The translations under genes were made by a program, and so were the position numbers. From Promethearchaeota archaeon (GTDB lineage Archaea; Asgardarchaeota; Lokiarchaeia; Sigyniarchaeales; SOKP01), in NCBI GenBank assembly GCA_004524535.1, contig SDNY01000008.1, forward strand, positions 1 to 50,892: 50,892 nt of DNA. The letters run 5' to 3'. Below are positions 10,801-20,095 of the stretch, in pieces. Every line of letters begins with the position of its first letter. Position 1 is the first letter of the stretch. Under the pieces are notes generated by a model. It ran no database searches. It worked only from the letters and a program-made list of their open reading frames with translations, and was not told the origin of the DNA.

Positions 10801-11562
10801 TTAAAAGCCATCGAATTTTGCCCATTCATCCTCTTCATCTTCCTCCTCCTCCTCGTAATCTCGAATTGCCTCACTCTCGTATTGCTCAGGATAATCATCT
10901 TCTAACTCAGTTTCAAATTCATCATCGAAACTTATCATCTTTTCTAAATCAGTAATCGCTTCTTCTGGAGTTGTGACTCTTATTTCTGGGATGGGTTCTT
11001 TTTCTCTCTTCTTTTTCTCTACTAGCTTGAGATAATCCCCATGTATTTTGATAGTAATAGGTGTTTCCTCCTGTAAAAGGCGTACAACAACTTCTTCTGA
11101 ACTGGAAGTATCATGGGGCATTCTCATTACTAAAGCGCGTGAACCCTCGAAAACTCCCGATATAATTTCCACGGTGTCACCAGATTCAAGAAATTCGGTC
11201 ACGGATCTTGGAACGAGAACATGATTAATCTCTTTTAGCTTAATTTGTCCAACTATTCTTCCTTTTATATGAGGGATACCTTGAATTGCTATCTGTACAT
11301 CCCTCTTCTGTGAAGCTTCGATGAATATATAACCCGGAAGCAATGGGCTAACCAACATAGCTTTAATGTCTGGAATTACATCTAAAATTTTGAACCGATA
11401 AAATATCTGCCTCAATATATTGCTTTCTTGATTAATTGTTGTTCTAACTGCGAAAAGTGTTGTTAAATCTTCCTTTTCTTCTTCAACGGATTGGTTAGCA
11501 ATTTCTTCCATGATAATATCTTTTTCGCTGCCATCTTTAACTTTTTCTTTTTGATCGGACAT
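10801..11562 (-). CDS. spt5: transcription elongation factor Spt5/NusG homolog with acidic extensions
   Basis: NGN domain (FAVRTTINQE...PGYIFIEA) and KOW domain (GDTVEIISGVFEG). Confidence 0.9.
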   Translation of the reverse strand: MSDQKEKVKDGSEKDIIMEEIANQSVEEEKEDLTTLFAVRTTINQESNILRQIFYRFKILDVIPDIKAMLVSPLLPGYIFIEASQKRDVQIAIQGIPHIKGRIVGQIKLKEINHVLVPRSVTEFLESGDTVEIISGVFEGSRALVMRMPHDTSSSEEVVVRLLQEETPITIKIHGDYLKLVEKKKREKEPIPEIRVTTPEEAITDLEKMISFDDEFETELEDDYPEQYESEAIRDYEEEEEDEEDEWAKFDGF

Positions 11563-11751
11563 TATTTTTTCATTTTTTCCTTATTTAATTTGGGTTTGTT
11601 TAAAAATTTATAAGAGAAATAAGGTATATATTAAAGAAGGTAATTATAAATTTTAAATTTTGTTTTTTTAGAGGGATTCTAAATATAATAGTAATAAAAT
11701 TTAATTAATAATAGATTAAATTACATTAATAAAATTTTCGAAAATTAAATT

Positions 11752-12144
11752 CTAAAATGGTATTTTATTAATGTCAAGGATATCGGGAATTCTTCTATTC
11801 CGAGTAAGCCATGATATTTCACTTTTCATATAACGCCAAGTGATTTCACATTTTCCAAGCTTATCCTTCATTTCAGTTTCCCATTCCCATGGAGATACAA
11901 TAACTAGATCGCCAATACGGATCCATACTCGTTTTTTAATTTTCCCTCGTATTCTTCCTATTCTATGTTTCTCATCCTCACAGAATACTTCCATTCGGTC
12001 ATTACCTAATATTGAAACCACTCTTCCGAACATTTCTCCAATTCTGCGATTCGGCATCTTTATTCTTGATGGGATTATCTCGTCAGGTTTACTAGAATAA
12101 GTTCGACGACCTTTTTTAGCTTGCTTTTTTTTCTTTTTAGCCAT
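11752..12144 (-). CDS. eif1a: translation initiation factor aIF-1A
   Basis: GEMFGRVVSILGNDRMEVFCED-x5-GRIRGKIKKRVWIRIGDLVIVSPW, WRY. Confidence 0.95.
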   Translation of the reverse strand: MAKKKKKQAKKGRRTYSSKPDEIIPSRIKMPNRRIGEMFGRVVSILGNDRMEVFCEDEKHRIGRIRGKIKKRVWIRIGDLVIVSPWEWETEMKDKLGKCEITWRYMKSEISWLTRNRRIPDILDINKIPF

Positions 12145-12200
12145 GTTTAAATACTTAAAATTATTGATTTTTTTTTTATTTAATTTTTTAATGTTTTTGG

Positions 12201-12533
12201 TTATTCAATTTTATCATCTGGTTTATATTCCCCTTTAATAAATACGATTTTTATCGGAGTTGAGGAATCATTTCCTATATTATGAAGTTCTTTTGGTTCA
12301 CATAAAAAAACACTTCCTTGAGGCGCTGGATATTCCTTGTCGTCTATAATCATAATGCCGTCACCTTCAACAAAGAAGAATGTTTCATCAATAACATTAT
12401 GACCATGAGCTTTTCCTCCCATTTTTTCTCCTGGTTTAAGTCTTATTACACCCCAATCGATCGAGGGGCCTCTCATTAAATATTTGACCTTACCATCCCT
12501 ATACTCAAAATCATTCTCGTGAACTTTTTTAAT
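12201..12533 (-). CDS. cupin domain protein (probable ATT start; first ATG at 12476)
   Basis: HGH-x4-ETFFFVEG and EPKELHNI cupin motifs; the frame stays open to an ATT at 12533 lying 6 nt after GGTGA. Confidence 0.85.
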   Translation of the reverse strand: MKKVHENDFEYRDGKVKYLMRGPSIDWGVIRLKPGEKMGGKAHGHNVIDETFFFVEGDGIMIIDDKEYPAPQGSVFLCEPKELHNIGNDSSTPIKIVFIKGEYKPDDKIE

Positions 12534-12818
12534 AGTTAATCACCGATAATTTCTTATTTCGTTCAAAATCGATTTATCTATTTAAAAAATTAATACAAAA
12601 GTTAGCTGCCGTATAGTAATATAAAATACAAAGAAAATAAATGTTTTGTAATACATTACTCTAATTTTTAAAAATAATGTGGAATTTATAAGTTAAGGTA
12701 TGGAGTATTAAATTGTTATGGGATTTACAACATGCAAACACTCATTCAAAAAAGGGCATTACATTGCCAAAATATTTCTTAAAAAATAGATAATAATATA
12801 GGGGATAAAAACTTAATT

Positions 12819-13094
12819 TTAATCTTGTTTTGATTGTTCTATTAGTTCTTTAACTTTTTTTTTGATAGGATCATCATCAGGTTTTTCTTCAAAAAATTTT
12901 ATAAGATAATAAAGTTTATCCTCAACAGAATCCTTTTCGTAGAATTTTATAAAGTATTCTTGGTTTGGAAAAAGTTTTTTATTATTAATCAAGAATTTAG
13001 GGATTGATAGATTGAATTGCCTTTTGCTTTTTGCCCTAATAGTTCCATAGAAAGACGCTACCAACCGATCCTCTTCATTTTTAAAAGGATTCAT
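12819..13094 (-). CDS. small hypothetical protein, possibly AbrB/SpoVT-like DNA-binding fold
   Basis: 91 aa; KRQFNLSIPKFLI-x4-LFPNQEY resembles the swapped-hairpin pattern (weak). Confidence 0.55.
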   Translation of the reverse strand: MNPFKNEEDRLVASFYGTIRAKSKRQFNLSIPKFLINNKKLFPNQEYFIKFYEKDSVEDKLYYLIKFFEEKPDDDPIKKKVKELIEQSKQD

Positions 13095-13230
13095 ACAATT
13101 AACTTAGTATAAAAGAGTATTTATTTTTTTTTCTTTTTTTGAGATCTCATTTGATACCTCTTTTGAGGAATCATTTAAATATTCTAGAAAATAATAATAT
13201 TTTGAAAACAAATTTCCAAAATTTAGGAAT

Positions 13231-13372
13231 AGGGGAGTAGGTGAAACAACAGCAGAAAAAATAGTAGTTAATGCCCGAAAATGTAAGAATATGAAATTTG
13301 AATTGGGGATAGATATATGGGAGAAGAGTTTAAAGGCATTAACTACTAACAGTTCTGAATTTGATATTCTTA
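13231..13372 (+). pseudogene. radA-like fragment (end of the HhH domain through the ITTGS region)
   Basis: Frame from 13231 reads RGVGETTAEKIVVNARKCKNMKFELGIDIWEKSLKALTTNSSEFDIL; in-frame stops at 13192-13197; no upstream start. Confidence 0.6.
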
Positions 13373-14581
13373 TAATGCATTTAAAAGAATTTCTTTTAGG
13401 GTTTGTTTATCCGTATCTCTTGGATTATTAGCTAAAGAACTTCCCGTAGTATCTTTTACAATGTCATCGATATCTTCTTCTCTAATTCCTACATCGCTAA
13501 GATGAAGCGGAATTCCGATATACTGGAATATATCCTTAATTTTTTCAATTATCCATTTAGCTTTTCCTTTTTTATCGGTTGGCATTAATTTTGGGCACTC
13601 CCCATAATCCGTAAGAATTTTTTCTTTATTAAATAATTCGGCAATCCACGCATACTTCTCTGCTACATTATTTAATGGTCTATTATACTCCATAACATAT
13701 GGTAGAAGAAGTCCGCAAATTAAACCATGAGGCAATTCGTACTTTATTCCTATAGGATGTGCAAAACCGTGAACTGCTCCTAGCTTTCCGTTTGCGAAAG
13801 ATAACCCATCTAGCAAGCTACCGAGCATCATTTTCTCTCTTAGGTCAATGTTTGCTAAATCTGCATATATTTTAGGCAAATTTGGCCCTAACAATTTAAT
13901 TGCTTCCTTAGCAAAGAAAACTGAGATAAAATTTGAACCCTTTGAAACTAGTGATTCTATTGCTTGAACTAAAGCATCCGCACCAGCGTAAGCAGTGTAC
14001 TTTTTTGGTAAAGATAATGTAATTTTAGGATCTAATAGTGCTAAACTTGCCCATAATCCTCTGATACTTTTTTTAACACCAGAATTTTCATCTTTAATTA
14101 CAGCATTGTTAGTGACCTCAGAGCCCGTGCCTGAAGTTGAAGGGATTAATATAAATGGTAATGGGGATTTTAAAAATTCTTTCCCTGCATGATAATCTTC
14201 TACAATTCCCCCATTTGTTACCAAACCAGCTATACCTTTCGCTGTATCCATAACACTCCCTCCGCCAATGCCAACGATAACATTTGCTTTTTGATCGAGA
14301 GCAATTTCTTTTCCTTCATTTAAAATTGTAGTAGTGGGTTCTTTCCCTGCTTTATCATAAATTTCTAAGTCAATTTTTAAATCCTCTAAACTAGTTCTTA
14401 TTTTTTCTAAATAACCAGACCTTTTTAAAGAACTTTTACCTATAATTAAAAAGGTTTTAGGATGTTCAATTCCTTTTGGTTTTAAAGTATTTACAATTTC
14501 TTGACTTAATTCGACAATCCGGCCTTTACCAAAAATAATTTTAGGACAAATAAAATTGAATATAATTTCAGAAAATTCCAT
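13370..14581 (-). CDS. iron-containing alcohol dehydrogenase
   Basis: GIGGGSVMDTAK, PSTSGTGSEVT, DALVQAIE, HGFAH, HG. Confidence 0.95.
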   Translation of the reverse strand: MEFSEIIFNFICPKIIFGKGRIVELSQEIVNTLKPKGIEHPKTFLIIGKSSLKRSGYLEKIRTSLEDLKIDLEIYDKAGKEPTTTILNEGKEIALDQKANVIVGIGGGSVMDTAKGIAGLVTNGGIVEDYHAGKEFLKSPLPFILIPSTSGTGSEVTNNAVIKDENSGVKKSIRGLWASLALLDPKITLSLPKKYTAYAGADALVQAIESLVSKGSNFISVFFAKEAIKLLGPNLPKIYADLANIDLREKMMLGSLLDGLSFANGKLGAVHGFAHPIGIKYELPHGLICGLLLPYVMEYNRPLNNVAEKYAWIAELFNKEKILTDYGECPKLMPTDKKGKAKWIIEKIKDIFQYIGIPLHLSDVGIREEDIDDIVKDTTGSSLANNPRDTDKQTLKEILLNAL

Positions 14582-14731
14582 AATTACTTAATAGGCTAAT
14601 TTATTTTTATAGATAAATATTTAATGAGTATAAATAAATATTTTCAGTTATATCTTCGTCTTCAATGGTTATTTCTTCATTAAGATATAGATTTTAAATC
14701 AAATACCATTTGTTTGTTAACTTTTAATTCT

Positions 14732-15259
14732 TTAATGCTTTAAAAAAATAGTTTTAATAATATATCTTGTTAAACTCTCAAATGCATTTTCAACATTTAG
14801 CCCCGTTTTAGAAGATGTAATCATATAATCGAACAGATTGTATTTTTCTTTATGATATAATATATAATCTTCATCTAAACTTTGTTCCTCAACCAAATCA
14901 GCCTTTGTCCCTAAGAATATTATGGGTAAGTTTGGATCTTTCGATCTACAAATATTTACCCATTGTTCTATATTTTCTAAAGTTATTGCGCGAGTTAAAT
15001 CAAACATTAGAAGAGCTCCTTTAGCTCCTATAACATAATTCTCCAATAAAAAGCGAAATCGTTCCTGTCCACCAAAATCCCAGATTTGTAGAATAACATC
15101 AAATCCATCAATGTTTAGTTCTTTTATAGAGAACTGAACTCCTATAGTCATCTTAGTGTCTGCCAGAAACTCTCCCTCAATGTATTTGTGAAGTAGAGTG
15201 GTTTTCCCCACACCGCCATCACCGCTTGTAAGTATTTTAAGTACGAGAGGTCTACTCAT
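14732..15259 (-). CDS. Rab-like small GTPase (Ras superfamily)
   Basis: G1 GDGGVGKT, G2 TIGVQF, G3 WDFGGQERF, G4 TKAD, G5 TSSK. Confidence 0.93.
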   Translation of the reverse strand: MSRPLVLKILTSGDGGVGKTTLLHKYIEGEFLADTKMTIGVQFSIKELNIDGFDVILQIWDFGGQERFRFLLENYVIGAKGALLMFDLTRAITLENIEQWVNICRSKDPNLPIIFLGTKADLVEEQSLDEDYILYHKEKYNLFDYMITSSKTGLNVENAFESLTRYIIKTIFLKH

Positions 15260-15526
15260 TTTTAATTTTTTCTATTCAACTATATTTAATTAAAGACTAA
15301 ATTATCGCTAAATTGATTAAATTAATAATTGGATCTTATTTTAATAATTCTCATTTATAAATTATATTTCTTTAAATAAATTATTGTTTTTTTTCAATCA
15401 TAATTATTAATAAAAGTATATAAAAAATTTCATTATAAACTATGAATATTTAATTAAAATTCTCATTATAAAAAGCATAGTTCTAAAAAATATTCAGAAA
15501 TTTTAACCGAATTATGGACACATTAA

Positions 15527-15982
15527 TTAAACTCTTTCAATACAGAGATATTTCTTTTGCCTTAAAAAAATAACATTAACATTTGAATTTTTGGCTTTTT
15601 TACGTAATTCTGAATCATTAGTGGCTAGAAAAACATGACTATATTCTTTTTTTAATCTAATACACCATTTTAATAGAAATTCATCTGTGGTTTCCTTATC
15701 ATTCTTAATCTCGTCAATGAAATAAATAGGATATACTTTTTCGTTTTTTTCTAAATAATTCATTCCGCCTTTTAACTGTCGATTAAATTTTCTAGCTTTT
15801 GTTTCTCTGATTATCTTTGCGTTTAATTCGTCTAAAATTTGTTTGAATACATAAAATCTCGTTTTTCCCTCTAATTTCAAATAAATATCATTTAAATAAT
15901 CAATTTTAAATTGGAAAGGTAGGAGTATAAAATTAGAGTCGATTATGATTATATTAATATTTTTCAAGTTCTTGGAATTCAA
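15527..15982 (-). CDS. PIN-domain nuclease (Fcf1/Utp24-like)
   Basis: IIIDSNFILLPFQFKID, ILDEL, TDE, LATNDSELRKKA, FLRQKK. Confidence 0.85.
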   Translation of the reverse strand: MNSKNLKNINIIIIDSNFILLPFQFKIDYLNDIYLKLEGKTRFYVFKQILDELNAKIIRETKARKFNRQLKGGMNYLEKNEKVYPIYFIDEIKNDKETTDEFLLKWCIRLKKEYSHVFLATNDSELRKKAKNSNVNVIFLRQKKYLCIERV

Positions 15983-16500
15983 TATGTTTGTCGGTCTAAG
16001 ATCGTTCTTGTTATTAATTCAAAAGATTCAAAAACATTTTCACCTGATTTTGAAGAAATTTTCAAGTAATCAAAGAGATTAAATTTTTCTTTAAATTGTA
16101 ACGCATAATCATCATCAACCATTACGTCATTTGCAAGGTCGAGTTTTGTTCCTAAAAAAAGAATCGGTAGGTTACTGTCACTTCTACGTACAATATTAAC
16201 CCATTGTTGTAAGTTCTCTAACGTCATAGGTCGTGTTAGATCAAACATTAATAAGGCACCTTTTGCTCCTAAAACATAACTTTCTAATAAGAAGCGGAAC
16301 CTTTCTTGCCCCCCAAAGTCCCATAATTGAAGAGTGCATTGTTTTCCATCAACTTCGATTTCTTTTAAGAAAAACTCGACACCTATAGTCATTTTCGTTT
16401 CTGCTGAGAATTGGCCTTCCACATACCTATGAAGCAAAGTTGTCTTCCCAACACCGCCTTCACCTGCTGTTAGAATCTTTAAAATAAACTTTTTGGGCAA
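15979..16500 (-). CDS. Rab-like small GTPase (Ras superfamily), TTG start
   Basis: GEGGVGKT, TIGVEF, LQLWDFGGQERF, TKLD, ISSK; GGTGA SD 6 nt before the TTG. Confidence 0.93.
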   Translation of the reverse strand: MPKKFILKILTAGEGGVGKTTLLHRYVEGQFSAETKMTIGVEFFLKEIEVDGKQCTLQLWDFGGQERFRFLLESYVLGAKGALLMFDLTRPMTLENLQQWVNIVRRSDSNLPILFLGTKLDLANDVMVDDDYALQFKEKFNLFDYLKISSKSGENVFESFELITRTILDRQTY

Positions 16501-16904
16501 TCTCTTTCACCAATTCTTTATTTCGGAGTCATTTTTTTATTGAATAAGAAATTTAAAATTAATTTTTCATTAAATTATATTTTCAATATAAATAATTTTT
16601 ATCTTACTTCTTTTATATTCTTAATTCACTATACTTTTAATTTATCTTAATTGTAAATATAATTTTATATTTTTGATTTTTTTTGTTTTTTATTTCTTAA
16701 ATAAAACTTATCACTATTAAACATATTTTTTTGATAGATTGAAATTAAGCACAAAAAATTGAACCTATTAATTGCAAAATTTTAATCCAGTGATGTAATT
16801 TCTAAAGGTTCTTAACTCTATAAATATTTATTTAGCAATAACTTATACTTAATTATCTCTAACTTAATTAATATAAGTAAATTCTTAGAATAGGTGGTTA
16901 AATA

Positions 16905-17198
16905 ATGAAAATGAAGAAGAAAATCCCATCTGAAGAGCAATTAAAGAAATTAAATGTGAACTCATGGGGTACTTGGAGTAAAGAAGTAAGCGAATTCGAT
17001 TGGTCTTACGGTGATACAGAAACGTGTTATATTTTAGATGGAGAAGTAGAAGTAACAGATTCAGATTCGGGGGAAAAAATCGAATTCAAGAAAGGGGATT
17101 TAGTGCAATTTGAAAAGGGATTAAAATGTATCTGGAACGTTAAAAAACCAGTCCGAAAGCATTTTAACTTTAATTTAGATTTTGGAGAAATAGACTAA
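16905..17198 (+). CDS. cupin-3/DUF861 family protein
   Basis: WGTWSKEVSEFDWSYGDTETCYILDGEV...KKGDLVQF...WNVKKPVRKHF. Confidence 0.88.
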   Translation: MKMKKKIPSEEQLKKLNVNSWGTWSKEVSEFDWSYGDTETCYILDGEVEVTDSDSGEKIEFKKGDLVQFEKGLKCIWNVKKPVRKHFNFNLDFGEID

Positions 17199-17249
17199 AT
17201 TTAAATTTTTTATTTTTATTCTTTTTTATATTCAACGTGAATTAATATT

Positions 17250-19445
17250 ATGGTTATTAAAAAGTTTAGTTGCCCTACTTGTAATGCTGGATGTGGATTA
17301 TTAGTTGAAGTAAATAATAATAAAATCCTTTCTGTAAAACCTGATCCTAATTATCCATTAAGTGGCGGATTTTGTTGTCCAAAAGGGATTGCTTTAGGTG
17401 ATATTACTAATGATAAAGATCGTATTCTAAAACCTCTAATACGTTCTGGTAATACCTTTCATGAAATTTCTTGGAAAAAAGCAATTCACGAAATTGCTGC
17501 GAAACTCACCAATATTCGAAACAAATATTCCCCACATTCTATAGCATATTATATGGGAACGAATTCATTACACCAATACGCCCATAGTATGTTCGCCAAA
17601 GGCTTTATGGATGCAATTGGTAGTAAAAATATGTTTAACGCCGGATCTGTAGATGATAACAACAAATTTGTTGCACAGTATTTTCTATATGGAAATTCAA
17701 TAATAATGCCTATTCCGGATATACCTAAAACAGATTTATTAATTCTAATCGGCACTAATCCAGCAGTGACAAATTTGAGTTTAGTAACATGTTCAAATGT
17801 TCTCAAAGTAATGAAAGGAATTAAAGATAGAGGGGGAGAAATATATATAATCGACCCGCGTAGAAATGAAACTGCAAAAATTCTCACAAAAAAGAATGAT
17901 GGACATCACATCCCAATTTTTCCAGATACAGATATATATTTTCTCTTATCAATGATTAATGTCATTCTGTCAGAGAATTTAGAGGATAAAAATTATCTTA
18001 ATCGAAATAGTTCTAATTATGAAAATTTAAGGGAACTCGTTAAATTTTTTACTCCTAAACTTGCCGAGAAAATTTGTAAAATACCTTCCGAGACGATTTA
18101 TGAACTTTCTCGAAAATTCGCAAAAACTAAGAAAGCGGTTATCTATGGAAGGTTGGGGACCTGCTTATCTACATTTAGCACTCTAAATGCTTGGGCAATT
18201 GATGTTTTAAATATCATTGCTGGTAAACTAGACAGACCAGGCGGAGCGATTTTTGGAAAAAATGTAATCAATATAGCGAATTTAGGAAAAATAGTAGGTA
18301 TGGGTGCTTTTGATACTTACAGGAGTCGTATTGGAAATTATCCGGAGGTTATGGGTGCGTTTCCTCTCAGTGTTTTAGCCAGAGAGATTTTAATTGAAAA
18401 AAATCCTGTTAGAGCATTAATTATTTCGGGAGGAAATCCAATTTTAAGTGCTCCTAATTCAAACGAGTTTAGAAGAGCTTTAGAAAAACTAGAATTATGT
18501 ATTATTCTAGACTTTTATAATAATGAAACAGCAGAATTCGCTGCGAATTATATACTACCTACGAGAACCCCGATGGAGAATTCTAACACTCCGGTGTATC
18601 ACCTTAATTATCAAATTTTTCCACATGTGGAATACAATCATGCTCTCATTACCCCTGATAAGCATGGTCCAAAAGCAGAATGGGAAATTCTTTTGAGTTT
18701 ATCAAGATTGATGAAAGTTCCGATGTTTGGAAATCGTATTTTAAATTTAATTCCAAAAATTTATAAGCTTTTTAGGAAAGAGTTTCATCCCGAATTTTTT
18801 ATAAAATTATTTCTGTTTCTCGGGCAAGTGATCGAAAAAAAAATTCCGCACTTAAGTTCTGGAACATTAAGCGTTAAGAAATTAAGGAATAATGAAACAA
18901 TATTATTAGGAGATAATGAATATGGAGTTCTCAAGAAATATATCCAAACAAAAAACAAAAAAATTACTTTATTAAATCCTTTAATCGAGGAACAAATAAA
19001 ATTGTGTAAAAACTCATATAATAAAAAAATTGAGGATATAAAACGTATTGAGGCTCAAATCAACGAGTTTGTAGTTATTGGTAGGCGTAATCTGAAGACC
19101 ATGAATTCCTGGATGCACAATATTGAAAAATTATGGCGAAATAAACAAGAACCTCAATTATTAATAAATTCTCAAGACGCCACTCGATTGAATTTAATTG
19201 AACACGATTTAGTGATTCTTCAAAACGAATTTGGTTCTATTAAAATTCCAGTGTCCCCCACTGATGATATAATGTCTGGAGTTGTATGTTATCCTCACGG
19301 TTGGGGACATAAGAACTCATATCTTTCTTATGCTAATCAGCATCCAGGTGAAAACATCAATGTTTTAACCAATTCATCCAAATTAGATAAATTATCTGGT
19401 ATGCCCGTATTAAATGGATATAAGGTTTTTCTAAAAAAAATTTAA
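17250..19445 (+). CDS. molybdopterin (bis-MGD)-dependent oxidoreductase, catalytic subunit
   Basis: N-terminal CPTCNAGC...CPKG [4Fe-4S] motif, IGTNPA, IIDPRRNETA, GGNP, C-terminal PHGWG...GENINVL. Confidence 0.92.
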   Translation: MVIKKFSCPTCNAGCGLLVEVNNNKILSVKPDPNYPLSGGFCCPKGIALGDITNDKDRILKPLIRSGNTFHEISWKKAIHEIAAKLTNIRNKYSPHSIAYYMGTNSLHQYAHSMFAKGFMDAIGSKNMFNAGSVDDNNKFVAQYFLYGNSIIMPIPDIPKTDLLILIGTNPAVTNLSLVTCSNVLKVMKGIKDRGGEIYIIDPRRNETAKILTKKNDGHHIPIFPDTDIYFLLSMINVILSENLEDKNYLNRNSSNYENLRELVKFFTPKLAEKICKIPSETIYELSRKFAKTKKAVIYGRLGTCLSTFSTLNAWAIDVLNIIAGKLDRPGGAIFGKNVINIANLGKIVGMGAFDTYRSRIGNYPEVMGAFPLSVLAREILIEKNPVRALIISGGNPILSAPNSNEFRRALEKLELCIILDFYNNETAEFAANYILPTRTPMENSNTPVYHLNYQIFPHVEYNHALITPDKHGPKAEWEILLSLSRLMKVPMFGNRILNLIPKIYKLFRKEFHPEFFIKLFLFLGQVIEKKIPHLSSGTLSVKKLRNNETILLGDNEYGVLKKYIQTKNKKITLLNPLIEEQIKLCKNSYNKKIEDIKRIEAQINEFVVIGRRNLKTMNSWMHNIEKLWRNKQEPQLLINSQDATRLNLIEHDLVILQNEFGSIKIPVSPTDDIMSGVVCYPHGWGHKNSYLSYANQHPGENINVLTNSSKLDKLSGMPVLNGYKVFLKKI

Positions 19446-19474
19446 TAATAATTAAAGGAATTTTTATAAAGAGT

Positions 19475-20050
19475 CTATAAATTCTGAAATCGCTCCCTTT
19501 CTTTCCGTTCTTTCACAGAAATTTCCCTTTTACTAAGTTTTTCATATTTAATTAATGCATCCTCAATAGCCTTTACTTCTGCTCTTGTTTCAATATTAAA
19601 TTCTTTAAGATTTTCGAGAATTTCTTTATCTCCTAAACCTTTATGATACAATTCTTTAAATTTCTCAATAGTATTCTTATGATAAAAAATATAACATCTA
19701 TTAAAAAATAAAATTAGCCAAGTTTTTTCCTTCTTTTTAGTCTGTTTTTGCGACAATTCAAACATTTTGTCTTGGACAGATCGCAAAGAACGACCAAGTT
19801 TTTTCGCAATAGTTTTATCTTCGACCCTGTAATACTTCTTCATAAATCTTTTTAATTTTTTCGATTTAAAAAATCTCCATATATACGATAAAATAAGCAA
19901 CGCCATAGCAATAATTGTTACGACAATTGCGGGCGTAAGATTTTCTGCGATGACCCAGCCAGCATAAGCAATTATAATGATAATTAAAATCAGGAATATG
20001 AACCATTTTCTTCCAATTGATTTGAAAAATATTCTTATTTTACTAGGCAT
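19475..20050 (-). CDS. hypothetical membrane protein (2 TM plus HTH-like cytoplasmic region)
   Basis: Two N-terminal hydrophobic helices; KTIAKKLGRSLRSVQD is HTH-like. Confidence 0.7.
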   Translation of the reverse strand: MPSKIRIFFKSIGRKWFIFLILIIIIIAYAGWVIAENLTPAIVVTIIAMALLILSYIWRFFKSKKLKRFMKKYYRVEDKTIAKKLGRSLRSVQDKMFELSQKQTKKKEKTWLILFFNRCYIFYHKNTIEKFKELYHKGLGDKEILENLKEFNIETRAEVKAIEDALIKYEKLSKREISVKERKERERFQNL

Positions 20051-20095
20051 GATTGAAAAAAGTGATGGAATAAATTAAAATAATTATAATATTTA

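Noticed and set aside
12718-12789. Short plus-strand ORF MGFTTCKHSFKKGHYIAKIFLKK
   Set aside because: Only 23 codons, with no recognisable motif or clear SD.
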